Source: a virus (Duplodnaviria; Caudoviricetes). From it: DNA of 64,000 bases. The translations under genes were made by a program, and so were the position numbers. The stretch is from positions 32,001-96,000 of the IMG/VR virus record IMGVR_UViG_3300024058_000001. One strand, 5' to 3'. Position 1 is the first letter of the stretch. Each line of letters opens with the position of its first letter. Below are positions 48,251 to 56,953 of this stretch, one piece after another. The notes beneath the pieces were generated by a model. That model saw only the letters and a list, made by a program, of their open reading frames with translations, was not told where the DNA came from and searched no databases.

Positions 48251-48454
48251 TCATTTTTTAATTCGCCTCTTAGCCAGCATATGCCCATGCAATCTGTTTG
48301 ATATATCATTGCTTATAGGAATTATTTCATAGCCTTTATCTTCTAATTCAAAAATTAATTCAGCAGTGAAACATTGGAATTCATCACCGTTAACTATATC
48401 TCTAAAAAGCTTAACTATTTTAGCTTTTTCGTTAATTTCCAGACGTATTTTCAT
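48251..48454 (-). CDS. Hypothetical protein
   Basis: 67-aa ORF in operon. Confidence 0.45.
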   Translation of the reverse strand: MKIRLEINEKAKIVKLFRDIVNGDEFQCFTAELIFELEDKGYEIIPISNDISNRLHGHMLAKRRIKK

Positions 48455-48818
48455 TTTTCTTAATTACTCTTTTCTTATTTGTATAAGGATTAACTAAACC
48501 TTTTTCTATCATTATATCATTAACAGATTTTTTGCTGTTATCTAAATATAAAAATGCAATATAACGGTCATGATATTTTCCTGGCTTCAAAGATTTCAAC
48601 ATGATTTCTTTATTTAGTATTGTTTCTTCTAAATATTTTTTTGCAGCTAAAGCCTTTTCTAAATTCTTTTTATCTTTTAATTCGTATGAATCAATACCTG
48701 CAAATCGAATTTTAATAGTACGAACAATCCTAAATCCTAAATCTACGGCTACTACAACTGTATCTCCATCAACAATTCTAGTGACCATCGCGTTATATTT
48801 AAACATTTTTTCCTCCAT
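48432..48818 (-). CDS. Thermonuclease (SNase-like)
   Basis: RIVDGDTV..VDLGF...IRFAGIDSYE...GKYHDRYIA...VNDIMIEKGL. Confidence 0.88.
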   Translation of the reverse strand: MEEKMFKYNAMVTRIVDGDTVVVAVDLGFRIVRTIKIRFAGIDSYELKDKKNLEKALAAKKYLEETILNKEIMLKSLKPGKYHDRYIAFLYLDNSKKSVNDIMIEKGLVNPYTNKKRVIKKNENTSGN

Positions 48819-50121
48819 TAGCTAGTTTTACAGCAGCAGGAATATCTATAATTCCTCTTCCTTGTTCACGATCAGCATATCCTATACCTTTAGCTGTTGC
48901 CCTTAAAAACATTTTTACCTTTTCGCCTCTATTCCTAGACTTCGGTAATTTTGCAGCTTCTATTAATAAGGCAGCAGCACCTGCAACATGAGGAGTTGCC
49001 ATAGAAGTTCCAGACATTTTTTGAAACATTGTATTATTACTGTCCACAACAGTACATTTATCTACTTTTTGATCTGCTGTTTTAACAGATGTAATACCAT
49101 CTCCATAAGGACATCCATGTTCCGCTTTAATACCACCACCAGGAGCTACAACATCAGGCTTACTTAAATTTCGGTTCCTATCTATAACAGGGCCACGTGA
49201 ACTATACGTTGGTATCCTGTTTATTTGATCAACCGAACCTACTGTTATAACTTTTTCTGCCACACCTGGAGATGATATTGTGTCGGGTCTTGGCCCTTCA
49301 TTACCTGCAGCAACAACTACAACAATTCCTTCTTCTGCTAATCTGTTGGCTTCCCGTGACATGGCATCATTTGCATGACCACCGCCACCAAGACTCATGG
49401 AAATAACATCTGCGCCCTGACTAGCTGCCCAAGACATACCTCTAATTATTCTATCTGTTGTATTGCGTCCTGATGCAGCAAGAACTTTTGCATCAATTAA
49501 CGCAACTTTTGGAGCTACACCTTTATAGGTAGAATCATTACTTGCGACTATACCCGCGCAATGCGTACCATGCCCAACTTCGTCTAATTTCCTTGGATAT
49601 AATTTGTTTTTAATTTGATTAAATAATGGAAAATAACTTTTACCTGTAAAATCTTGCCTTGCTACTACTTTTCCTTTTAAACTTGGATGATTATCATTTA
49701 TACCAGTATCTATGATAGCTACTTTTACGCCTTCACCTTCGTATCCAGCACCATGAAGATTAAAAGCACCGCATTGATTCACAGCTTTGTTCATCATAGT
49801 GTGTACTTCGACTACTTGTTCTATTTCTACATTTAAAGAATTGCTAATTCGTAGAATTTGTTTTTCTGATAAATAAGTAGGGAATTCAACAACTATGGCA
49901 TTAATACGTTTATGAACTTGAAGTATCTTCCCGCCTAATTCTTTTAATTGTTTAAAATCGAAACCAATCTTTTTAAGATATCGATAAACAAGAAATAATA
50001 GAACAAACCCCAATATAGGATGATCTGCAAAAACAGTTTTTGCTATTTTACCTACTTTTAGATAAAAAAAATATCTATTTGTAAGTAACTTTTTATCGAG
50101 GGGTTGTTGATATAAACTCAT
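48799..50121 (-). CDS. Subtilisin-like S8 serine protease with N-terminal TM and propeptide
   Basis: AIIDTGI, GHGTHCAGIVA, AAGNEG, SGTSMATPHVAGAAALL. Confidence 0.95.
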   Translation of the reverse strand: MSLYQQPLDKKLLTNRYFFYLKVGKIAKTVFADHPILGFVLLFLVYRYLKKIGFDFKQLKELGGKILQVHKRINAIVVEFPTYLSEKQILRISNSLNVEIEQVVEVHTMMNKAVNQCGAFNLHGAGYEGEGVKVAIIDTGINDNHPSLKGKVVARQDFTGKSYFPLFNQIKNKLYPRKLDEVGHGTHCAGIVASNDSTYKGVAPKVALIDAKVLAASGRNTTDRIIRGMSWAASQGADVISMSLGGGGHANDAMSREANRLAEEGIVVVVAAGNEGPRPDTISSPGVAEKVITVGSVDQINRIPTYSSRGPVIDRNRNLSKPDVVAPGGGIKAEHGCPYGDGITSVKTADQKVDKCTVVDSNNTMFQKMSGTSMATPHVAGAAALLIEAAKLPKSRNRGEKVKMFLRATAKGIGYADREQGRGIIDIPAAVKLANGGKNV

Positions 50122-50197
50122 TTATTTGTCCTCATTTTAGACAAAACAGTCTCCTCCCGCACATGAATATATTGTGCGCGGTCAAATGCTTTATCTT

Positions 50198-50971
50198 TTA
50201 TATTTTTTTTAAACGTTCAACAGAAGCTTTTAGAGACTTGATACTTTTCTTTTTAACAGGAGGAGAAACGTATTCATCCTCTGTTTTTTTTGCTTTTCCA
50301 GCTTTTTCTACTGGTCTAAGCACTTGCAAATTTGAAACTAGTTCGTGATTAAACGTGCCATTTGCCCATTTAACCATAGCAGCTTGATTACCATCCACAG
50401 CAGAATACACTTTCAATACCTGACCAACTAGTTTATTTCCACTGCGTAAAATCTTAATGACTACATCATGTACGCGAATAGAATCACTATAGTTATGTTG
50501 ACCTTGTATCTGATCAGAAAGTCGATCTTCTTCATAATAAGGTTTGTATGCCTTATTATCTGTATCAGCATATTCTTCTTTAAGATAATCACCCTTAATG
50601 GTTCCAGAATTATCTTCCGTAGGAACCTTTTCTTCTTTATTATCGGTTGTATGACGATTATCTTTGCGTGTAGGATCACCAGTACCTTGACTTTTATCAC
50701 CCGTTGCTACCACACGTTCTGGTACATCAGACATTCTGCTATATCCACCACGAAACTGATCATTTTTAAAAGCGGGTGTATTCTTAAGATCAACCCCTTT
50801 TCTAATTTCTTCAGCCGTAGTGGCTTCAAACTTCATTCCACCATATTTCATTTCAGCAAGCTTATCATACATTTCATCAACGAAAGTTTCTTCTACTTTA
50901 GTCAAAGGAATGCACTTACTACGTTTTTCAAGTATCGTATCTAACTTCTGTTTTAGCTCTTTATTGTCCAT
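50198..50971 (-). CDS. Putative internal head protein with SH3-like domain
   Basis: ILEK/IRK/VEK sites; VGQVLKV...AMVKWANGTF; C-terminal amphipathic helix. Confidence 0.5.
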   Translation of the reverse strand: MDNKELKQKLDTILEKRSKCIPLTKVEETFVDEMYDKLAEMKYGGMKFEATTAEEIRKGVDLKNTPAFKNDQFRGGYSRMSDVPERVVATGDKSQGTGDPTRKDNRHTTDNKEEKVPTEDNSGTIKGDYLKEEYADTDNKAYKPYYEEDRLSDQIQGQHNYSDSIRVHDVVIKILRSGNKLVGQVLKVYSAVDGNQAAMVKWANGTFNHELVSNLQVLRPVEKAGKAKKTEDEYVSPPVKKKSIKSLKASVERLKKI

Positions 50972-51182
50972 TTTCTATATCCTCATTCTTATTTGTACTA
51001 GCGTTTTCTCTAGTACTTTCATCCAATTTTACTATATCACGATATAAATCCCAAGTGTAGTCGCATATTGCGTCTACTTGTTCGGGTGTAATATTTTTAG
51101 TATGAATCCTTGAAGTTGCTTCGCAAACATCACGCCATTGTTCTGGAGCTTTTTCTGGTAAATTATTAAGATCAATTCTCAT
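50961..51182 (-). CDS. Hypothetical protein
   Basis: 73-aa coupled ORF. Confidence 0.55.
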   Translation of the reverse strand: MRIDLNNLPEKAPEQWRDVCEATSRIHTKNITPEQVDAICDYTWDLYRDIVKLDESTRENASTNKNEDIENGQ

Positions 51183-53038
51183 TATTTGCGCCTCAAACTT
51201 CTAAGAGTTTTAATACCTTTAAGTTTTCGTCCCATTTTAAACAATGCTATGGAAATAGGACGTTCAATTGGTTTTAAAAATTTTAATTTTGGTAATTTAG
51301 TAATTCCTCTTAATACTCTAGACGCACTAAATAAACCAACACCTAAAATTTCATTAGGTTTAATACCCAATGCTGCTAAAGTAAAAGCACTTCCTATTAC
51401 TCCTATAGCAGCATCAGAACCAAGATCGCCAAATATGCCTACTGTAGAACTAACAACTTTTGCAGTATTTCCTGCCGTACCTCTTACTATTCCTTTACCA
51501 ATATTAGTCAACTTTCTTTCGGCTCTATTAACAGAATTATTAGCCTGTGCATTAACCGATGCATCTGATAATCTAGATATGCGTTGTTCACGCCGTTGGC
51601 TTTGTCTCTGCTGTCGTCGTGTAGCAGGTTCAGGAGCTTTAGGAATTGTATCTTGTTTTTTACCTCCGCGCCCTGCCCAACCTCGACGTGCAGCTTCTGC
51701 ATGTCTAACGGCATCTCCAATCCAACCTTTTTCTACAGTTAATTTATCTAGTTTATCATAAATAATCTCAAAACTTTTTTTATGTTTAAAATATTGAATT
51801 TGACGTTCTCTGTTTTCTGCTGCACCTCTAGTAGCAAATTTTTCTTTGCGTCCATCAGAGAAATGTAATGCATATCCACTATCTTCTCTACGTATTACTT
51901 TGTCTACTCTAAGAAGTTGTTGTTCAGAATCGGATGCTTTTCTGGAAGGGTCAATAGAAGACAAAAGATGTTGTGCTTCTTCTAAGATAGGAGTAACTAA
52001 TTCGTCTGTATCTCTCTCCGTAATGATTCCCTGAATCTGACCTCTTGTTTGTAATTCTTCTAAATTATGAATAAGTTCTACTAATTCTTGTACTACTTGT
52101 CCAAGCCGTATTTTTTCTGTAGAAGCTTCGTTGCCAGGAAGTCCATCAGGAGGATTACTGTGCATATTGGGATAATCTGTAAGATTTTGACCACTATACT
52201 CTTTCCTTACTTTTTCTTTACCTTTTTCTCTAGGATTTACTGCAGACGCTGCTGCATCTTTTTTAGTTTCTTGTTCCTGATCTCCCTTGACTGACGGAAT
52301 AACATCTAAAATATTATTTAATTCTTTCTTTTCTTTGTCATTCAATGAATCAGATAATTTTTTCTTTTCTTTTTCAGATAGTTGGCCCAATTCTCTTAAA
52401 ACATTTGCAACATAATTGCCATCATCTTCAGGAGTACTAATTTGTTTCAAAAATTTTTGTGGGGGTTCTGGCTGTCTACCCTTAGGTTTAGCCCGCCTTA
52501 ACCTAGAAAGTAATATACCACTAGCAGCAATTCCAACCGCCCATTTCATTCGTGGGCTTTTAACAGCATGTACGACTCGCTGACCAGCACGACCAACACT
52601 TTCTGCAGCCTTAATTCCTCTTTGAACAACTTTCGCGCCTGCTTTTACACCTCTAATTCCCGCTGCAACTGTACGAATAACAGGCTTTGCAATTTGTATA
52701 GCTGTCGCTGCACCTAATGATAAAAGCGCAGTTCGACCTACCCAAGCTGTTCCTCGCGCTCCTCTTGCAGCTTCTGCATGTCTAGCATTATCTCCAAACC
52801 AACCACGTTCTTTTTGTACTTTTAATGATTTACTTTGACTTAAAGAATATTGAATACTTGTATTTGCAACATTACGAGTGCCTCTAGGTTTTTTGTTAGA
52901 ACTTGTCACTTGTTTGTTTTCTCTTGTATCCACAAGAATCTTATTAATTTCATCTCGCGTTACAATCTTCACGCTCTTAGTATACTTTTTACTAAGTGCG
53001 ATATCTAATTGTTTATTTCTTTCATCATCAATAAGCAT
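51182..53038 (-). CDS. Putative internal head polyprotein with two GWxGDxxRHAEAAR cationic cassettes
   Basis: VQK-ERGWFGDNARHAEAARG and VEK-GWIGDAVRHAEAARRGW; RERQIQYFKH mini-domain. Confidence 0.65.
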   Translation of the reverse strand: MLIDDERNKQLDIALSKKYTKSVKIVTRDEINKILVDTRENKQVTSSNKKPRGTRNVANTSIQYSLSQSKSLKVQKERGWFGDNARHAEAARGARGTAWVGRTALLSLGAATAIQIAKPVIRTVAAGIRGVKAGAKVVQRGIKAAESVGRAGQRVVHAVKSPRMKWAVGIAASGILLSRLRRAKPKGRQPEPPQKFLKQISTPEDDGNYVANVLRELGQLSEKEKKKLSDSLNDKEKKELNNILDVIPSVKGDQEQETKKDAAASAVNPREKGKEKVRKEYSGQNLTDYPNMHSNPPDGLPGNEASTEKIRLGQVVQELVELIHNLEELQTRGQIQGIITERDTDELVTPILEEAQHLLSSIDPSRKASDSEQQLLRVDKVIRREDSGYALHFSDGRKEKFATRGAAENRERQIQYFKHKKSFEIIYDKLDKLTVEKGWIGDAVRHAEAARRGWAGRGGKKQDTIPKAPEPATRRQQRQSQRREQRISRLSDASVNAQANNSVNRAERKLTNIGKGIVRGTAGNTAKVVSSTVGIFGDLGSDAAIGVIGSAFTLAALGIKPNEILGVGLFSASRVLRGITKLPKLKFLKPIERPISIALFKMGRKLKGIKTLRSLRRK

Positions 53039-53148
53039 TTAATAACCCATCCTATAATCATAAAATAATATCCACATATAATCAGTGCTAAATTTTTTGA
53101 AGATATGCAGCATAGTAAATCCTAAAATTATTCCTAATATAAATTTTC

Positions 53149-53451
53149 TTATGTCCAATACGATCCACCAGTGGAACTCCCTGGATAAATACTACCACCG
53201 CTACCATGTGAAGTGTTTCCTGTAATGCGTAAAGGTTGTTTTTCTTTATCTTTTAATCCACTTAATTGCGGTGGATAGGGATGTTTGGTTCTATTATCAA
53301 AAACACGTCCTCTAATATCCGCAGGATTTTTATACGGCGGAGAATAAACATCTCGTTCTACAAACATATCATATTCCGACATATGAGTTTTTTGTCGATT
53401 AATTTTAACCATCAAATCTCGTAATTGTTCTATTTTTAAAAGTCCAGGCAT
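53149..53451 (-). CDS. Small protein with QLRD leader
   Basis: MPGLLKIEQLRDLMVKINRQK. Confidence 0.55.
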   Translation of the reverse strand: MPGLLKIEQLRDLMVKINRQKTHMSEYDMFVERDVYSPPYKNPADIRGRVFDNRTKHPYPPQLSGLKDKEKQPLRITGNTSHGSGGSIYPGSSTGGSYWT

Positions 53452-53637
53452 TATTCTGTATCCAGTTTATTTTTTATTCTAACAGTATTATGTTTATGTC
53501 TACGCCGTTCAATTGTTGCTTTACAAATTTCGCAATGTTCCACAATAGCTTCGTAACCTTGGCTGGTTATGCGGATAGTAGTATTAGATGAACATGTAAT
53601 TTCGTCACAAAAATCACAATACATTGTAGCTCCTTTG

Positions 53638-55512
53638 TTAAGGTCGTTCGCCGTAACGTACTAGTTTATCTCTATCTTTTTCAGAAGGGCCAGTACCAAA
53701 ATTGCCTGTTCCTTTGAATGAAGCAAATCCAACACTAAATGTATTTTTGGAATGTTCTATACATAGTTTGGTACATCCCGCTGCTGCATCTGATACATCC
53801 TTAGAACCTTCTTTTCGACCTTCCATCATTGACCGTCTATATGATAAATCTGGATGATCTACTTTTCCATTGGACTTTCTGATTAATTCTTCACATTCCC
53901 TAATGAATATGGGGTGTTTATAGATATCAAAAAGTCCTTTGTATATCTGTTCTTTTAACGTATCATAAGCTTGGGTATTTCTATCTACAGACAATATTTC
54001 AGCGTTAATTCCCGCTTTCTTTAATATCTGTATACTATCAAGGCTTTGCCAGCCGTCAAAAGTAACCATCTTGATATTGAACCCGATGTGACTAAGACTT
54101 TGTAGAAATTCTCGAATTTCATCAAAAATAATTTCTTGTCCTGGTCTGGCTTTAATTTGTAGAATTAAATCTATAATGACAGAAGTCTGTTTCTGTCCTG
54201 TTAACCCTGATATTTGAAATCCTTCTGCTTTTGCTAAATCCTGAATATAAGATTCACTAAGTTTTACATTTTGATTGCGTAAAGCATGACCTAACGCAAG
54301 GCCACAATAATCTCCAGATTCTTTACCCTTTGCCAAATCAACATGAACAAAATATTGCTGTCCTCTTAAAGGACGAAAAAAATCTTTAAATCTTAAACCT
54401 AAAATATCATCAGTCGAAATATGATCCCCAATTACGGGATTCACTCTATTTGCATTGATGGATTCGGTAATTCTTGATTTATATTTGAAATAACCGCCTT
54501 CAGCAGTAGTGCCTTCACACTCATAAATTCTTTGAGCATCTTCAGGATTCCGTATGTAATCATCTAAAAAATCTTCTTTTGTACGTTTAGGATTCCATTC
54601 CCATGTAGCTGCTTTAACCCTATATGTTTTTTCTTCGTTCTCTGATTCAGCATATCGTATCATCATAAAATCATTGTCGTCTCTTTTGTATGAAAACATC
54701 AACGTTTTACGTTTACCGCCAAATCTTGTTTTTTGAGTTGTTGTTAAAGCCTGATGAAGCTCAGACGCTTTTTTCGGTTCAAATCCGCCCACTTCGTCAT
54801 AGGCCACTAATAAAAGATTTAATCCCTCACCTGTATACTCAACACTATCTAAGGAATACGCGGTGATGCCCTTTGGAAATATAATTTCTCTTTTCTGAAT
54901 ATCGTTCTTTAAACTAACTCCATGCTTTTCAAACCAATTATCCTTTGTGCCAGGAATTGTACAACATTTTACCATACTGGCAAAATTCTTAAAAAACACA
55001 TCTTTGGCCAATCTAGCATTAAGAGAAACATTTCCTATGTCTATCGCGGATTCGGGGCCTGTAAGATCCGTATCGTTTAGCCCCAAAAATTTCTGAGGGT
55101 TCTTCATGCAAAGAAGCCAGTAACAACAATAGGTAAAAATCTTAGCAATTGTTCGATCCTTGCCTCCGCCCTTACCAATCAATGCAATTCCTTCACTATA
55201 TTTCTCACTCCACTTAGTCGGGTCAGTTCCTAGCATTTTATCTACAAAATCTTGTTGTGCTGGATAACAAGCTTCATTCAAAAATGTTTCAAAGAACTCT
55301 CTAGAGCTAACAGGAAATTCTTCCCATATTAAATCTTTATTAGCTACTGAACCAATTCCTCCATGCGATCTACAAAATCCTGTTCCTGCATGGTCTGTAC
55401 GCCATCCAGCCGATCTTTTGCAATATTTGCCATTTTCAAGCTTGCCATTGCATCGACTTTCTACAGGGCCTGATACATTAGATTTTTGTGGAATATCCTT
55501 GTTTTCAGTCAT
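53638..55512 (-). CDS. terL: Terminase large subunit with N-terminal Cys/His (HGG-type) domain
   Basis: Walker A GKGGGKD, Walker B VAYDEVGG, nuclease HVDLAKG...SKDVSDA. Confidence 0.92.
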   Translation of the reverse strand: MTENKDIPQKSNVSGPVESRCNGKLENGKYCKRSAGWRTDHAGTGFCRSHGGIGSVANKDLIWEEFPVSSREFFETFLNEACYPAQQDFVDKMLGTDPTKWSEKYSEGIALIGKGGGKDRTIAKIFTYCCYWLLCMKNPQKFLGLNDTDLTGPESAIDIGNVSLNARLAKDVFFKNFASMVKCCTIPGTKDNWFEKHGVSLKNDIQKREIIFPKGITAYSLDSVEYTGEGLNLLLVAYDEVGGFEPKKASELHQALTTTQKTRFGGKRKTLMFSYKRDDNDFMMIRYAESENEEKTYRVKAATWEWNPKRTKEDFLDDYIRNPEDAQRIYECEGTTAEGGYFKYKSRITESINANRVNPVIGDHISTDDILGLRFKDFFRPLRGQQYFVHVDLAKGKESGDYCGLALGHALRNQNVKLSESYIQDLAKAEGFQISGLTGQKQTSVIIDLILQIKARPGQEIIFDEIREFLQSLSHIGFNIKMVTFDGWQSLDSIQILKKAGINAEILSVDRNTQAYDTLKEQIYKGLFDIYKHPIFIRECEELIRKSNGKVDHPDLSYRRSMMEGRKEGSKDVSDAAAGCTKLCIEHSKNTFSVGFASFKGTGNFGTGPSEKDRDKLVRYGERP

Positions 55513-55525
55513 ATAAGCCTAGTTG

Positions 55526-55560
55526 TGTATCGTTTTGATACAATTTTGGGAATTATACCA
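55526..55560 (-). promoter_or_regulatory. Candidate late promoter (extended -10) and inverted repeat upstream of terminase
   Basis: TGG-TATAAT at 55552-55560 without a canonical -35; TGTATC-N5-GATACA at 55526-55542. Confidence 0.5.
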
Positions 55561-55621
55561 TGAAAAACAATAGTGTCTCCCATACTATGTGCCAAAAACG
55601 GGCAAAATGACTACACTTTTG

Positions 55622-56011
55622 CTACTTTTTTTTAATTTTTTTGATTACAGACTCATTAAGGCTTATGCGCTTGTATAGGCTTCTTATCGCACGTTTTCGG
55701 AGGGTTAATACGGTTGTTCTAGCTATACCTAGCTTTTCACCTATCTCACCTTCGGTATGCTTAAAACCCCCGTCTAAGCCAAAATATAGCGTTAATACCT
55801 TCTGTTGTCTTAGGGTAAGCTCTTTTATAGCTTCTAACAAAAGGTCTATTCTAGCTTGTTGTGCATTATCAGGTTTTAGAACTTTATTCTTATTTAATGA
55901 TATTTCTATCATTTTATCTATGATTGATTTTCCAGTTTTATTTAATGTTTTATAAGGCCGTCTTTCTAACTCCTGAAAATCTACTTTAATTAATCTCTTA
56001 AGTTTTCCCAT
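55622..56011 (-). CDS. Sigma70 region-4 HTH protein (candidate late-gene regulator)
   Basis: LTLRQQKVLTLYFGLDGGFKHTEGEIGEKLGIARTTV...RAIRSL. Confidence 0.8.
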   Translation of the reverse strand: MGKLKRLIKVDFQELERRPYKTLNKTGKSIIDKMIEISLNKNKVLKPDNAQQARIDLLLEAIKELTLRQQKVLTLYFGLDGGFKHTEGEIGEKLGIARTTVLTLRKRAIRSLYKRISLNESVIKKIKKK

Positions 56012-56576
56012 GCTCCTTTACCTTTTTACTTTCATTCCACGTGTCCTCGTCGTGAACTGCAATTTTGTTGAACCCATCCATAATCCAAACCTGTTCAACA
56101 AGTTTGTAAATTTTTATAAAAATAAGTCTATTAATATTTGCTCGGAATCTTAGCGATAAAAGTAAATTAGAAACTTCTTTTAATGCAAGATGTTTTGTTA
56201 CATGTGAATTGATTAAATTAATCATCTCATTGTTTAAAGAACTAGATGCCAATTCATCAACAAATAAACTAAAAAATTTAGATTTTATATCTACTGTTGT
56301 ATAATTATCATTAGCTGTTCCTTTGTCTTCTAAATGATATCCAAATTTCAGCCACATGATAAACATATAACACGCGATCTTTAATAAATCTTTTTCTCGG
56401 TTAAGATTTTGGTATCTGTAAACATATTTGTTAATGGTTCCCAACAGCCAGTTAAACCCGTAATTATCTACCAATTCATCGGTAACTTCTTTCTTATCAT
56501 CTTTTGCATACTTCTTCCCACCATATAAAAATTGATCCTTCACAAGCTGTAAAAACGTATCTGATGATTCGGACAT
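55998..56576 (-). CDS. DUF3310/SaV-like protein
   Basis: GFNWLLGTINKYVYRY...KDLLKIACY. Confidence 0.55.
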   Translation of the reverse strand: MSESSDTFLQLVKDQFLYGGKKYAKDDKKEVTDELVDNYGFNWLLGTINKYVYRYQNLNREKDLLKIACYMFIMWLKFGYHLEDKGTANDNYTTVDIKSKFFSLFVDELASSSLNNEMINLINSHVTKHLALKEVSNLLLSLRFRANINRLIFIKIYKLVEQVWIMDGFNKIAVHDEDTWNESKKVKEHGKT

Positions 56577-56607
56577 AATTGTACGTCTCCTTTTATATAT
56601 TTTATTG

Positions 56608-56931
56608 TTAAGTGTGTGATACTGTTGCTGAAATTATCTTTCTTAATCTATTAGCTGCCTCAGTTATATCATAATCGCCTTGTTTAAAAAGTTGCAATAC
56701 TTCGTATTCATCACACGGAACTTTCTCAACCCAGTTTGTATTATTTAGTATATTCTCAAGTTGCTCATTCTCAAATTTTTTAAATGTTCTAATTCCATTG
56801 TGTGAAATACCACCTTGGACATAGTGAGTTTCGCCTTGGTCAACACCAAAGCCACCACCTGCCCATGAGCCAAGACCAAATACTTCTCCCGCTTTAATAA
56901 ACGGTAAATCATGCAACATTTTGTACCTCAT
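56608..56931 (-). CDS. Hypothetical phage protein
   Basis: YKMLHDLPFIKAGEVF motif; AAGGAG RBS. Confidence 0.6.
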   Translation of the reverse strand: MRYKMLHDLPFIKAGEVFGLGSWAGGGFGVDQGETHYVQGGISHNGIRTFKKFENEQLENILNNTNWVEKVPCDEYEVLQLFKQGDYDITEAANRLRKIISATVSHT

Positions 56932-56953
56932 AACTTCTCCTTAGTTTATATTT

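Noticed and set aside
45814-50121. Classical RiPP/bacteriocin cluster
   Set aside because: No ABC exporter, modification enzyme, immunity gene or double-glycine leader; the context is head morphogenesis, so it is reported as capsid cargo instead
33890-55512. Inteins or introns in terminase, portal or protease
   Set aside because: No C/S...HN splice motifs or homing endonuclease; inserts are low-complexity charged segments
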